DNA of 32,000 nt from Jannaschia sp. R86511 (GCF_042466345.1 NZ_JAXHCD010000001.1:113408-145407); one strand, 5' to 3'; counted from the first letter of the stretch, positions 6,214 to 15,349 are shown. Program-made: numbers and translations. Notes: generated by a model from the letters alone, not told the origin.

Positions 6214-7875
6214 TCAGGCACGGACGTCCACGCTCCGTCGCCCGGTGCCCGGGTCACGCAGCAGACCGGGCCCGTCGAGGACGGCGGGCCGGCGCGGGAC
6301 GTCGACCGGCAGGTCCGGGGAGCCCGCCGGCAGCCGGTCGTGGTGGCCGGCGGGACGGCGGCCGTCGCCGGAGCCCGGGTCGAACCGACCGCCCTCGCGG
6401 GAGCCGTGGTCACCCACGTGCTGGCGCAGGTCCGACAGGGCCTCCCGCAGCACGTCCCGGGTGCGCTCGTCGCCGCCGGCCAGCCCGATGTCGATGCCCG
6501 CGGCGGTGTGCTCGGCGGTGATGCGGACCGGTCCCAGCTCGGCCGGGCTCAGGTGCAGCACCAGGCGGGTCACCTCGCCCAGCGCGGCGCCGGCCAGGCG
6601 GGCCCGCGTGGCGGCCGCGACCTGCTCGAGCTGCTGCAGGGTGAACGGTCCGACGGCCGCCCCGGCCGGTGCGGCGGCGGCGGGACCGGCGGCGGTCGCG
6701 GCCTGGGCCGGCGCGGTGAGCGAGAACGCCCCGGACGTCCCCGCCGCGGCCGGCGCCCCGGTCCCGGGTGCGACGGGCTCGGCGCCTCGCGCCGGACCGG
6801 AGGGGGCACCGGAGCGGGCGGCCGACGACAGCCCGGTCGCGGTGGCCGCGCCGACCGCTCGGCCGTCCTGACCGACGGCGCCCGGCTGCGTCGGGGTGAC
6901 GCCCCCCTGGGGGGCGCCGCCGGCGGTCGGGCCGGTGGCGCCCGGGCCGGTCGTGCCCGCACCGGCCGAGCCCGCACCGGCGGTGCCCGTCCCGGCCGTG
7001 CCCGTCCCGGCGATGCCCGCCCCGATGGCGCTCTCGCCGGCGGTGCCCGTGCCGGTGGCGCTGGTGCCGCCGGCGCCCTCGCCGGCCGTGCCCGTGCCGG
7101 TGGTGCCCGTGCCGGTGGTGCCCGTGCCGGTGGTGCCCGTGCCGGTGGTGCCCGTGCCGGTGGTGCCCGTGCTGCCCGTGCCGGCGGCGCCGGTGGTCGT
7201 GCCCGTCGTGGCCGCACCCGAGGTCGCGGCGGTGGTGCCCCCCGCACCCGTCCCGGCCCGGCCCGTCCGGTCGACGCCCGCGGCCCGGCCCGGGCTCGCG
7301 TCGGCCGTGGTGGTGTCCCCGGCACCGGCGGTCCCGGTAGCACCCGGGGCACCGTCGGCGCTGCCGGTCGGGGCGGCACCGGCCGCGCCCGGTCCGTTGC
7401 TCTCGACGGCGTCACCCGTGCCCACCTTCGCGGTGCCCGCGGTCGCACCGCCCGGCCCGTCGGCGTGGCCGTGCTCGTGCCCGGCCGGGCGGTCCGCCGC
7501 GTCGACGACCGGTCGGTGGACCTGCGCCCCGACCCGGTCGCGCACGGCTGCGTCAGCCGGCGAGGCGGGTGCGCGGGAGTCGTCGGCCGGCCGGTCGGCG
7601 TCGCGGACGACGGCCCGCCGGGCCCCGGCCCGCTCGGCGGCGCGCTCGGCCGCCCGGTCCGCGGCACGGTCGACCGCGCGGTCGGCGGCGCGCTCGGCCC
7701 GGTCCGCCGGCCGGTCGGCCCGCCGGTCCACGGGTCGGTCGGCGGCGTGCAGGTCCCGCATCACGCGGTCGAAGGCCGTCGGGTCGGACCGGCGGGCGGG
7801 TGCGGCACCGGCCAGGTCGGTCCCGGTGGGCGTGGCCGCGCGGGCCGACGGGGTCAGGAGGTTCGCCATGGTCAT
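6214..7875 (-). CDS. fliK: Flagellar hook-length control protein FliK (long, low-complexity ruler region)
   Basis: This is the C-terminal 553 aa of the 798-aa run-on ORF. The ATG at 7875 is preceded by GAGGA and overlaps the upstream stop as ATGA. The C-terminal domain is FliK-like (LSPAELGPVRITAEHTAAGIDIGLAGGDERTRDVLREALSDLRQHV). Position between fliJ/hydrolase and flgD fits. Confidence 0.75.
   Translation of the reverse strand: MTMANLLTPSARAATPTGTDLAGAAPARRSDPTAFDRVMRDLHAADRPVDRRADRPADRAERAADRAVDRAADRAAERAAERAGARRAVVRDADRPADDSRAPASPADAAVRDRVGAQVHRPVVDAADRPAGHEHGHADGPGGATAGTAKVGTGDAVESNGPGAAGAAPTGSADGAPGATGTAGAGDTTTADASPGRAAGVDRTGRAGTGAGGTTAATSGAATTGTTTGAAGTGSTGTTGTGTTGTGTTGTGTTGTGTTGTGTAGEGAGGTSATGTGTAGESAIGAGIAGTGTAGTGTAGAGSAGAGTTGPGATGPTAGGAPQGGVTPTQPGAVGQDGRAVGAATATGLSSAARSGAPSGPARGAEPVAPGTGAPAAAGTSGAFSLTAPAQAATAAGPAAAAPAGAAVGPFTLQQLEQVAAATRARLAGAALGEVTRLVLHLSPAELGPVRITAEHTAAGIDIGLAGGDERTRDVLREALSDLRQHVGDHGSREGGRFDPGSGDGRRPAGHHDRLPAGSPDLPVDVPRRPAVLDGPGLLRDPGTGRRSVDVRA
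7088..7162. repeat. Five perfect 15-bp tandem repeats (gtgcccgtgccggtg) plus one degenerate unit, inside fliK
   Basis: Read directly. On the minus strand they encode the (TGTGT)n tract of the FliK central region. Confidence 0.9.
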
Positions 7876-8996
7876 CCTCGTCCCATGGCCGCGGTGATCG
7901 CGGCCACGTAGTTGCGGGTCTCCGCGAAGGGCGGGACACCGTCGTGGCGCCGGACGTTGCCCGGGCCGGCGTTGTAGGCGGCCAGCGCCAGGTCCAGCGA
8001 CCCGAAGGCGTCCAGCTGCTGGCGCAGGTAGCGGGCGGCGCCGTCGATGGCCTGGGCCGGGTCCATCGGGTCGACCCCGAGCTCGCGGGCCGTGGCCGGC
8101 ATGATCTGCATCAGGCCGCGGGCACCGGCGGGGCTGACCGCGTCGGTGCGCATGCCGGACTCCTGGTGCGCCACGGCCTGGAGCAGGCCCACGGGCAGGT
8201 CGTAGCGGGTCGTCGCGGCCTGGAACGCCGCGCCCAGGTCCTGCCCGGACGCCCACGCCGGCCGGGCGGCCGCCACCGCGGACGCCGCGGACCCGCCCGA
8301 GGCGGGGACCACCCGGCGGATGGTCGTGGTGTCCGGCCAGACGTCGCTGATCATGACGTCGGTGCCCTTGCGGCGCGCGTGCAGCATCTGCCCGTCGCCG
8401 ACGTAGATGCCGATGTGACGACCGCTGGGCGAGCCCTTGCTGTCGTAGACCAGCAGGTCGCCCGGCCGCGCGTCGGCCATGGACGCGACCTCGGTGCCCA
8501 CCGAGCGCTGCTCGGCCACGGTGCGCGGCACGGACACGCCCAGGTCCTTGAAGACCCGCTGCACCAGCCCGGAGCAGTCCAGGCCCTTGGCCGGGTCGGT
8601 GCCGCCCCACAGGTAGGGCACCCCGAGGTACGTGCGGGCCGCGGCCACGACGTCGGAGCCGGTGGGCCCGCCGCCGCCCGACGGGGTCGGGGACGTCGCC
8701 GGCGCGGCGGCCGGGCCACCGGTGGCCGGGGCCGGGGCGCCGGTCCGACCGGAGTCCGTCGTGGCCCCGGGACCCGCCGTCCCCGTCAGCCCGGTCAGCC
8801 CCGTGGCCCCGAGGGCCTGGCTGAGCGGCGTCGTGGTCGCCCCGGCCTGCGTGCTGCTCACGGCCGCGCTCAGCGAGCTGGCGAACGAGTCGGCCAGCAG
8901 CGGGTCGACCTGGGCCCGTCCGGTCCGGGCGCTCAGCATGTCGATGCGGGAGCTGATGGCCGCGATGCGCGACTGGACCTCGGCCAGGCCGCTCAC
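7872..8996 (-). CDS. Bifunctional peptidoglycan hydrolase: NlpC/P60 endopeptidase domain followed by SLT-type lytic transglycosylase domain
   Basis: This is 374 aa trimmed from the 572-aa run-on ORF. The GTG at 8996 overlaps the fliJ stop (GTGA) and its own stop overlaps the fliK ATG (ATGA). P60 motifs: YLGVPYLWGGTDPAKGLDCSGLV, GRHIGIYVG. SLT motifs: AHQESGMR, GLMQIMP, AAYNAGPGNV. No hydrophobic signal peptide is visible at the N-terminus. Confidence 0.8.
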   Translation of the reverse strand: MSGLAEVQSRIAAISSRIDMLSARTGRAQVDPLLADSFASSLSAAVSSTQAGATTTPLSQALGATGLTGLTGTAGPGATTDSGRTGAPAPATGGPAAAPATSPTPSGGGGPTGSDVVAAARTYLGVPYLWGGTDPAKGLDCSGLVQRVFKDLGVSVPRTVAEQRSVGTEVASMADARPGDLLVYDSKGSPSGRHIGIYVGDGQMLHARRKGTDVMISDVWPDTTTIRRVVPASGGSAASAVAAARPAWASGQDLGAAFQAATTRYDLPVGLLQAVAHQESGMRTDAVSPAGARGLMQIMPATARELGVDPMDPAQAIDGAARYLRQQLDAFGSLDLALAAYNAGPGNVRRHDGVPPFAETRNYVAAITAAMGRG

Positions 8997-9409
8997 GGTC
9001 GGGTCTCCCGGTGCCGGCGCAGGCTGGTGACGACGTCGTCGAGCTCGGCGGCCTCGGCCTGCTCGCGACGTCGTCGCACCTCTGCGGTGCGCCGCTCCTC
9101 CAGCCGCTCGACGGCCTTGAGCCGCATCCGTGCGACGGCGACCAGCTGCTGCTGCTGCTGCGCCACGGCCGTGGCGCTGGCCACAGCGTCGTCGGCGCGC
9201 GACAGGTCGCCGAGCAGCCCGGCCCGCCGGGCCAGCGCCAGCCGGGGGTCGCCGTTGGAGTCGAGCAGGTTGGGGTCCCCCTGCAGCCGGCCCACCACCT
9301 GGGCGCGGGCGGCCTGGCTGCGGGCCCGGGCGGCCACGGCCGTGGCGACCTCGCGCTCGGCCTCGCGGCGGGCGGCGCGGCGCAGCCCCAGCAGCGAGGT
9401 CAGGCTCAT
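8993..9409 (-). CDS. fliJ: Flagellar export chaperone/stalk protein FliJ
   Basis: 138-aa predicted coiled-coil protein, Arg/Ala/Gln-rich. It lies immediately after fliI with an ATGA overlap. The call is positional plus compositional. Confidence 0.7.
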   Translation of the reverse strand: MSLTSLLGLRRAARREAEREVATAVAARARSQAARAQVVGRLQGDPNLLDSNGDPRLALARRAGLLGDLSRADDAVASATAVAQQQQQLVAVARMRLKAVERLEERRTAEVRRRREQAEAAELDDVVTSLRRHRETRP

Positions 9410-10752
9410 GCCGGGCCCGCCGCGTCGGCGATGGCGCGCAGCGCCCGCACGGTGTCGGGCAGCGGGGCCGGCTCCGCCAGCCCCTGGCTGCAGAACACCT
9501 CGACGGGCTCCTGCAGGCGCAGGGCCGCGTCGACGTCGGCGTTGCTGCCGGCGACGTACGCCCCGACCTCGACCAGGTCCCGGGCGTCACGGTGCGCGGC
9601 CAGCAGCCGGCGCACGCGGGTGGCCGCGGCGAGCTCGTCGGGCGTGCTGATGTGGGGAGCCAGCCGCGAGATCGACCCCAGCACGTCGACGCTGGGGAAC
9701 CGGCCGGCGGTGGCGATGGCCCGGCTCAGCACGACGTGGCCGTCGAGCACGCCGCGCACGGCGTCGGCGATCGGCTCGTTGTGGTCGTCACCGTCGACCA
9801 GGACGGTGTAGACGCCCGTGATGGAGCCACGGGCCAGCGGCCCGGCGCGCTCGAGCAGCCGCGGCAGCATGGCGAACACCGACGGCGGGAAGCCCCGGGT
9901 CGCCGGCGGCTCGCCGGCGCTCAGGGCGACCTCGCGCTGGGCGGTGGCGACGCGGGTCAGGCTGTCCATGAGCAGGACGACGTCGGCGCCCTCGGCCGCG
10001 AACCCCTCGGCGATGCGGGTGGCGGCGAACGCGGCGCGCAGCCGCAGCAGGGGCGGGTCGTCGGAGGTCGACACGACCACGACGGAGCGGGCCAGGCCCT
10101 CGGGGCCCAGGTCGTCCTCGACGAACTGGCGGACCTCGCGGCCGCGCTCGCCCACCAGGGCGATGACGGTGACGGCGGCCTCGTTGTTGCGCGTGATCAT
10201 CGACAGCAGGCTCGACTTGCCGACGCCGGAGCCGGCGAAGACCCCGATCCGCTGGCCGCGCCCGACCGGGGTGAAGGCGTCCAGGACCCGTACGCCCAGC
10301 GGCAGCCGGGCGGTGATGCGGCCGCGCTGCAGCGGGGACGGGGCCGTGGCCTCGACGTCGCCCCAGGCCGTGGTGGCGGGGGCGGGCCGGCCGTCCAGCG
10401 GCGCGCCGGTGGGGTCGATGACCCGGCCCAGCAGCTCGCGACCGAGCGGCACCCGGGCGCGGGCGCCGGTGGCGCGGGCGGTCACCCCGACGGCCAGGCC
10501 GGCCGTGCCGTGCAGCGGGGTGCAGGACAACCGGGTGCCGTGGGCGGCGACGACCTCGGCCTCCACCGCGTCGTCGCCCTCACCGACCAGGACGATCTCG
10601 CCGAGGGCGGCGCGGACGCCGTCGACCTCGACCCCGAGGCCCACCACGGCGCTGACCCGGCCGTCACGGCTGGGGGCGGCCGCCTCGGCGGCGCGGGCCA
10701 GGCGCGGGGCCAGCAGCACCCGCAGGGTGTCGGGGCGCGTCGCGCGAGTCAC
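9406..10752 (-). CDS. fliI: Flagellum-specific ATPase FliI
   Basis: 448-aa ORF with Walker A (GVFAGSGVGKSSLL), Walker B (VVLLMDSLTR) and F1/T3SS-ATPase-like architecture. Confidence 0.95.
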   Translation of the reverse strand: MTRATRPDTLRVLLAPRLARAAEAAAPSRDGRVSAVVGLGVEVDGVRAALGEIVLVGEGDDAVEAEVVAAHGTRLSCTPLHGTAGLAVGVTARATGARARVPLGRELLGRVIDPTGAPLDGRPAPATTAWGDVEATAPSPLQRGRITARLPLGVRVLDAFTPVGRGQRIGVFAGSGVGKSSLLSMITRNNEAAVTVIALVGERGREVRQFVEDDLGPEGLARSVVVVSTSDDPPLLRLRAAFAATRIAEGFAAEGADVVLLMDSLTRVATAQREVALSAGEPPATRGFPPSVFAMLPRLLERAGPLARGSITGVYTVLVDGDDHNEPIADAVRGVLDGHVVLSRAIATAGRFPSVDVLGSISRLAPHISTPDELAAATRVRRLLAAHRDARDLVEVGAYVAGSNADVDAALRLQEPVEVFCSQGLAEPAPLPDTVRALRAIADAAGPA

Positions 10753-11420
10753 GCCGGGTCCTCCGTCACGGCCTCGACCGCGGCCCGGACGGCGGTCCGC
10801 AGCACGTCGGTCACGGTGGTCGCGCCGCTGCGGACGACGACGTCGCCCGCCGCGAGCCGGGAGTCACCCAGGACGACCACGCCCGCGGGCAGGCCGTCGG
10901 GCAGCACCCCGGCGCGCTCCAGCAGCCGGACGCCGTCGGGCGCGACGTGCACGGTGGTCGGGGCGCCGGGCTCGGCGGCCTCCAGCGCGCGGCCCAGCCG
11001 CGCGACCAGCGTCTCGGCCGTGGGTGCGGCCTCCAGGACGACCTGCTGGGCCAGGGCGGCGGCGGCGCCTGCCACCACGTCCACGAGCTCGGCGGTGTCG
11101 ATGCGGGCGTCCTCCTCCAGCTGCAGCGCGCCGGCACGCAGCTGCAGCATCAGGTCGTCGACCCGGGCCCGCACGCGCCGCTGCTCGGCCGCGAGGGCGT
11201 CGAGCCGCAGCTGCTCCCGGGCCTGGGCCGCGACCGTGGCGCGGCGCAGGCCCTCGCTGTAGCCGGTGGCGTACCCGGCGGCGAAGCCGTCCGCGCGACC
11301 GGACCCGCCCGTGCGCTCGGGTCCCGGCACCACGCCGGGGACGAACGCGCGGACCTGGGCGGGCACGGCCGGGCGGTGCGCGAGCAGGCCGGGCGTGAGC
11401 AGGTCAGGAGACGAACTCAT
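10749..11420 (-). CDS. fliH: Flagellar assembly protein FliH
   Basis: 223 aa trimmed from a 358-aa run-on ORF, starting at ATG 11420 (MSSSPDLL). It has a central Ala/Arg/Gln-rich helical region and lies between fliG and fliI, overlapping both neighbours. Confidence 0.7.
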   Translation of the reverse strand: MSSSPDLLTPGLLAHRPAVPAQVRAFVPGVVPGPERTGGSGRADGFAAGYATGYSEGLRRATVAAQAREQLRLDALAAEQRRVRARVDDLMLQLRAGALQLEEDARIDTAELVDVVAGAAAALAQQVVLEAAPTAETLVARLGRALEAAEPGAPTTVHVAPDGVRLLERAGVLPDGLPAGVVVLGDSRLAAGDVVVRSGATTVTDVLRTAVRAAVEAVTEDPA

Positions 11421-12465
11421 CGTCACCACCCCGCCGCACGACGATCTGGCCGGACTCCTCGAGCGAGCGGATGATCTGCACGATGGTGGCCTGGGCCTCC
11501 TCGACCGCGGACACCCGGACGGAGCCGAGCACCTCGATCTCGTCGACCAGGTCCTGCCGGGCGCGCTCGGAGACGTTGGACAGGACCTTGTCCCGGACGA
11601 CCTCGGGCACGGACTTGAGCGCCGTGGCCAGGACGACCGAGTCGACCTGCCGCAGCACCATCTGCACGGCGCGGTCCTCGAGGCTGACGATGTCGGCGAA
11701 GACGAACAGCCGGGCGCGGACCTCCTCGGCCAGGGCCGGGTCGGTCGCCTCGAGCCCGTCGAGGATGGCGCGCTCGGTGGCGGCGTCGGCGCGGTTGATG
11801 ACGTCGACCAGGCTCTGCACGCCACCGGTCATCACGTCGCCGGTGCTCTGCGGCAGGACCGAGGAGGTCCGGGCCTTGAGCACGTCCTGCAGCACGTTGA
11901 GCGCGTGGGGCTGGAACCGGCCGGTCTTGGCCAGCCGGCGGGCGACGGCCGTCTGGTCCGTGGCCGACAGGCCCGCCATGACGACCGAGGCCTGGTCGGG
12001 ACGCAGGTGCACCAGCACGGCCGCCAGGGTCTGCGGGTGCTCGCCGCGCAGGATCGACATCAGCTGCTGGGGGTCGACGTCCTGCAGGAACTTCAGCGGG
12101 CGCTCGGCCACGGAGCTGGCTATCCGCTTCATGACGTCGCCCGCGTTCTCCTTGCCCAGCGAGCGCTCCAGCACGTCGCGGGCGTAGCCCTCGCCGCCGG
12201 CCCCCACGACGCCCTGGCGGACCGCCAGGGAGTGGAACTGGGTGAGGACCTGCCCGGCGATGGTGGGCGACACGTCGCGCAGCCGCACGACCTGGGCCAC
12301 GAGCTCGTCGAGGTCGGTGCCCTCCATGTGGCGGATGACGTTGGCGGCGCGCTCCTTGCCCAGCATCACCAGCAGGACGGCGGCCTTCTGCAGACCGGAC
12401 AGGTCCACCGCGGGGGCGGTGGCGCCGGGCGCGACGGTCACGGGCGGGGTCTCGGTGACGGTCAT
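11404..12465 (-). CDS. fliG: Flagellar motor switch protein FliG
   Basis: 353-aa ORF. FliG-like features include LSGLQKAAVLLVMLG, LKSVPEVVRDKVLSNVSERA and a charged C-terminal helix region. The ATG overlaps the fliF stop (ATGA). Confidence 0.9.
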   Translation of the reverse strand: MTVTETPPVTVAPGATAPAVDLSGLQKAAVLLVMLGKERAANVIRHMEGTDLDELVAQVVRLRDVSPTIAGQVLTQFHSLAVRQGVVGAGGEGYARDVLERSLGKENAGDVMKRIASSVAERPLKFLQDVDPQQLMSILRGEHPQTLAAVLVHLRPDQASVVMAGLSATDQTAVARRLAKTGRFQPHALNVLQDVLKARTSSVLPQSTGDVMTGGVQSLVDVINRADAATERAILDGLEATDPALAEEVRARLFVFADIVSLEDRAVQMVLRQVDSVVLATALKSVPEVVRDKVLSNVSERARQDLVDEIEVLGSVRVSAVEEAQATIVQIIRSLEESGQIVVRRGGDDEFVS

Positions 12466-14099
12466 GCGGACCTCCGGTCGGCGAGCCAGGAGCGGAGCAG
12501 CTCGGCCACCTCGGCCGGCTCGCGGTCGACGAGGTCGATGACCTCCTCGCGCTGCTGCTGCAGCGCGGCCATCTGCTCGGCCTCGGGGTCGGGCACGGCG
12601 GGCAGGGCCTCACGGGGGGCGGGGACCGGCGGCAGCGGGGCCGGCGGGGCGGCCTCCTCGACCGGCTCGTACAGCCCCAGGTCGACGGGCTCGCGCTTCT
12701 TGCGGCGCCGCGTGCCCATGATGATCGTGGCGATGACCACCAGCAGGACCAGGCCGGCCAGGACCGCGTTCCAGATCAGCTGCTGCTGCCCGGCCGCGGC
12801 CTCGGCCTCGGCCGCGGCGTCGAGCTCGGCCTGCACGGCCTCCGCGTCACCGACGTCGAAGGGCATCTGGGTCACCGACACCACGTCGCCGCGGGCGGCG
12901 TCCAGGCCGACGGCGGCCGACACGGTGTCCTGCAGGGCCAGCATGTCGGCGCGGGCCACGGCGTCGCGGTCGACGACCACGGACACGCTCAGCCGCTCGA
13001 CGGCGCCCGGGGCGGACACGACCCGCTCGGTCACCTTGCCCACCGCGTTGTTGACCGTGGTCGACTCCGACGCGTACGCGGAGTCCGCGCCGCCGGTGCC
13101 GTTGGGCACGGCGATGTTGTCCGGGCCGAGCACCCCGGCCTCGCCGTTGCCGGCGCCGGTGTAGTCCTCGGTCTCGATGGTCTGGCTCAGCGGCAGCACG
13201 CCGGCCTCGGGGGCCAGGAACCGCTCGGTGGTCGCCTCGGCCTCGTCGAAGTTGAGCCCGGCGGTGACGGTGGCGACCGCGTTGCCGGGGCCGACGACCG
13301 TGTCCAGCAGGGCCTGCAGGTCACCGGCCACGCGGGACTCGAACTCCGCGGTCAGCTCGCCGGCCTCGCCGCCGGCGCCGCCGACCGCACCGGCCGCGCC
13401 GGAGGCCGACAGCATCGTGCCCTCGTCGTCGACGACGGTGACCGACTCCGGCGTCATGCCCTCGATGGAGCTCGACACCAGGTTGACCACGGCCTGCACC
13501 TGGCCCTTGTCCAGGGTGGTGCCGGTCGCGGTGTCGACCAGGACGCTGGCCGTCGGGGTGTCGCTCTCCTCGAGGAACACGTCCTTCTCGGGGATGGCCA
13601 GGTGGACCACGGCGGTCTCGACGCCGTCGATCGAGGCGACGGTGCGGGCCAGCTCGCCCTCCATCGCGCGCTGGTAGGCGACCTCCTGCTGGAACTGCGA
13701 GGCGGTGACGCCCTGCTCGTCCAGCAGCGAGTAGCCCCCGGTGTCGTCACCGGGCAGGCCGGCGGCCGACATCTGCAGCCGCAGGTCGTAGACCTGCTCG
13801 CTGGGCACCAGCACCGTGGCGCCGCCGTCGGCCAGCTCGTAGGGCACCCCGGCGGCCTGCAGCTGCTCGACGACGGCGCCGCCGTCGGCCGAGGACAGCC
13901 CGGTGTACAGGGGGCCGAGCTGCGGCGTGCGCTGCAGCTGCACGAACATGACGGCGCCGACCAGCAGCGCGACCGCGACGACGACGCCGATGGTCTTCTG
14001 CGCGGCGGGCAGCTCGTTCCACGCGGACTGCGCGCGGCGGGCCTGCTGGGTGGCCTTGACCCGGGGGTCGTTGCTGACCACGGTCTGGCGAGGGCTCAC
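12462..14099 (-). CDS. fliF: Flagellar M-ring protein FliF
   Basis: 545 aa trimmed from a 681-aa run-on ORF. The GTG at 14099 overlaps the fliE stop (GTGA). N-terminal TM segment (IGVVVAVALLVGAVMFV), then LYTGLSSADGGAVVEQLQAAGVPYEL, and a C-terminal TM segment. Confidence 0.9.
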   Translation of the reverse strand: MSPRQTVVSNDPRVKATQQARRAQSAWNELPAAQKTIGVVVAVALLVGAVMFVQLQRTPQLGPLYTGLSSADGGAVVEQLQAAGVPYELADGGATVLVPSEQVYDLRLQMSAAGLPGDDTGGYSLLDEQGVTASQFQQEVAYQRAMEGELARTVASIDGVETAVVHLAIPEKDVFLEESDTPTASVLVDTATGTTLDKGQVQAVVNLVSSSIEGMTPESVTVVDDEGTMLSASGAAGAVGGAGGEAGELTAEFESRVAGDLQALLDTVVGPGNAVATVTAGLNFDEAEATTERFLAPEAGVLPLSQTIETEDYTGAGNGEAGVLGPDNIAVPNGTGGADSAYASESTTVNNAVGKVTERVVSAPGAVERLSVSVVVDRDAVARADMLALQDTVSAAVGLDAARGDVVSVTQMPFDVGDAEAVQAELDAAAEAEAAAGQQQLIWNAVLAGLVLLVVIATIIMGTRRRKKREPVDLGLYEPVEEAAPPAPLPPVPAPREALPAVPDPEAEQMAALQQQREEVIDLVDREPAEVAELLRSWLADRRSA

Positions 14100-14467
14100 A
14101 GCTGCATCCTCATGATCTCGGAGTAGGCGTCGACGGCCTTGTTGCGCAGGGCCACCATCATCTGGGTGGCGAGGGTGGCCTCGGTCGCGGCGATCGTGTA
14201 CTGGCTCGGGTCGGCGAGCTGGCCGGTGACGGCCTTGACGGCGAGGTCGTCGGCGTTCGCCTGCAGCTGCTGCACCTGGTCCAGCCGGCCGATGGTGGCC
14301 TGGCCGGCGCCGGACCCGGCCCCGGCGAGAGCGCCGGCGAACTCGGCCCCCGCGGCGGCGGTGGCGGTCGGGTCGAGCGGGGGCAGCGGGGCGGACAGGG
14401 CGCTGACGCCCTCGACCCCGGTGGTGCCGCTGACGCCGGCCACGGCGGCGATCGGCTGGACGCTCAC
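14096..14467 (-). CDS. fliE: Flagellar hook-basal body protein FliE
   Basis: 123-aa ORF with a FliE-like C-terminus (TIAATEATLATQMMVALRNKAVDAYSEIMRMQL). GTG overlaps the flgC stop. Confidence 0.8.
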   Translation of the reverse strand: MSVQPIAAVAGVSGTTGVEGVSALSAPLPPLDPTATAAAGAEFAGALAGAGSGAGQATIGRLDQVQQLQANADDLAVKAVTGQLADPSQYTIAATEATLATQMMVALRNKAVDAYSEIMRMQL

Positions 14468-14871
14468 GAGCTGCGCCCGACGTTGATCGCGGCGGAGTAG
14501 GCGTCACGGGCGCGGTCGACCACGGCGAGGTTCGCCTGGTACCCGCGCTGGGCCATCATCAGCTGCGCCATCTGGCTGGCCATGTCGATGTCGGGGGTGC
14601 GGATGTAGCCCTCCGCGTCGGCGTAGGGGTGGTCGGGGGCGTAGACCATGCGGCCGTTCGGGTCGCCGAGCTCGATGCCCGCGACCTGGGCGCCGCCCAC
14701 GCCGTCGCCGTACTGCACGGCGCGGGCCACGACGTAGCGGGCCTGGAAGGCGTCCTCGCCGGCGGGGTTGACGGTGTTGATGTTCGACAGGTTGTCGCTG
14801 ACCGCGTCCAACCACTTGCGGTAGACGCTCACGCCGGAGCCGGCGACGCCGAAGACGGGGAAGGAGGTCAC
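14464..14871 (-). CDS. flgC: Flagellar proximal rod protein FlgC
   Basis: 135-aa ORF with SDNLSNINT near the N-terminus and QMAQLMMAQRGYQANLAVV at the C-terminus. Confidence 0.9.
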   Translation of the reverse strand: MTSFPVFGVAGSGVSVYRKWLDAVSDNLSNINTVNPAGEDAFQARYVVARAVQYGDGVGGAQVAGIELGDPNGRMVYAPDHPYADAEGYIRTPDIDMASQMAQLMMAQRGYQANLAVVDRARDAYSAAINVGRSS

Positions 14872-14875
14872 CGGC

Positions 14876-15229
14876 TCAGCCCATCGTCCGGATCGCGGCC
14901 CGGACGACGCCGAACCGGTCGTCGATGGCGCGCAGCGCGAGCTGGTACCGCATGCCCGTGTCGATCGACTGCAGGGTCTCGGTGTCCAGGTTGACGTTGT
15001 TGCCGTCCATCCGGGTCGGCTCCAGCGACAGCGCCTGGGTGTGCGCCGTGAGCTCGCGCCGGCCCGATCCGGCGGCCTTGGCGACCGCGTCCTCGAAGGC
15101 CACCCGACGGGACTGGAAGCCCGGGGTCTGGATGTTGGCGATGTTGTCGGCGATGGCGCGGCTGCGCGCGCTCAGGCCGGTGACGGCGCTGAACAGGGCG
15201 GCACCGGTCACGGACGCGGTCGTGGTCAC
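14876..15229 (-). CDS. flgB: Flagellar proximal rod protein FlgB
   Basis: 117-aa ORF containing IADNIANIQTPGF and NNVNLDTETLQSIDTGMRYQ. GTG start is preceded by GAGGAG. It is the first gene of the long structural operon. Confidence 0.9.
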   Translation of the reverse strand: MTTTASVTGAALFSAVTGLSARSRAIADNIANIQTPGFQSRRVAFEDAVAKAAGSGRRELTAHTQALSLEPTRMDGNNVNLDTETLQSIDTGMRYQLALRAIDDRFGVVRAAIRTMG

Positions 15230-15349
15230 TTCGGCGGTCTCCTCATGCCTACCCCGGGGATGCGGGGCGGTCAGGGGGGCGGCCGGTCCGTCGGCCTGCG
15301 GAGTGAGCGATCCGTGCTCGTACTGGGTGTCGTCCCCGGGGGCCCTGGA

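Noticed and set aside
6896-7897. A 333-aa plus-strand ORF with a striking (PVPVV)n repeat.
   Set aside because: It is the antisense reading of the fliK Gly/Thr/Ala repeat tract. The repeat is explained by fliK.
7876-8610. The N-terminal 245 aa of the 798-aa ORF 6214..8610. Comparable 5' run-ons exist for ORFs 7872..9590, 10749..11825, 12462..14507, 19060..21771, 23462..25975 and 24829..26415.
   Set aside because: The extensions overlap the upstream gene out of frame and are low-complexity. In each case a start codon with GTGA/ATGA coupling or an RBS sits exactly where the recognisable protein begins, so I trimmed to those starts.
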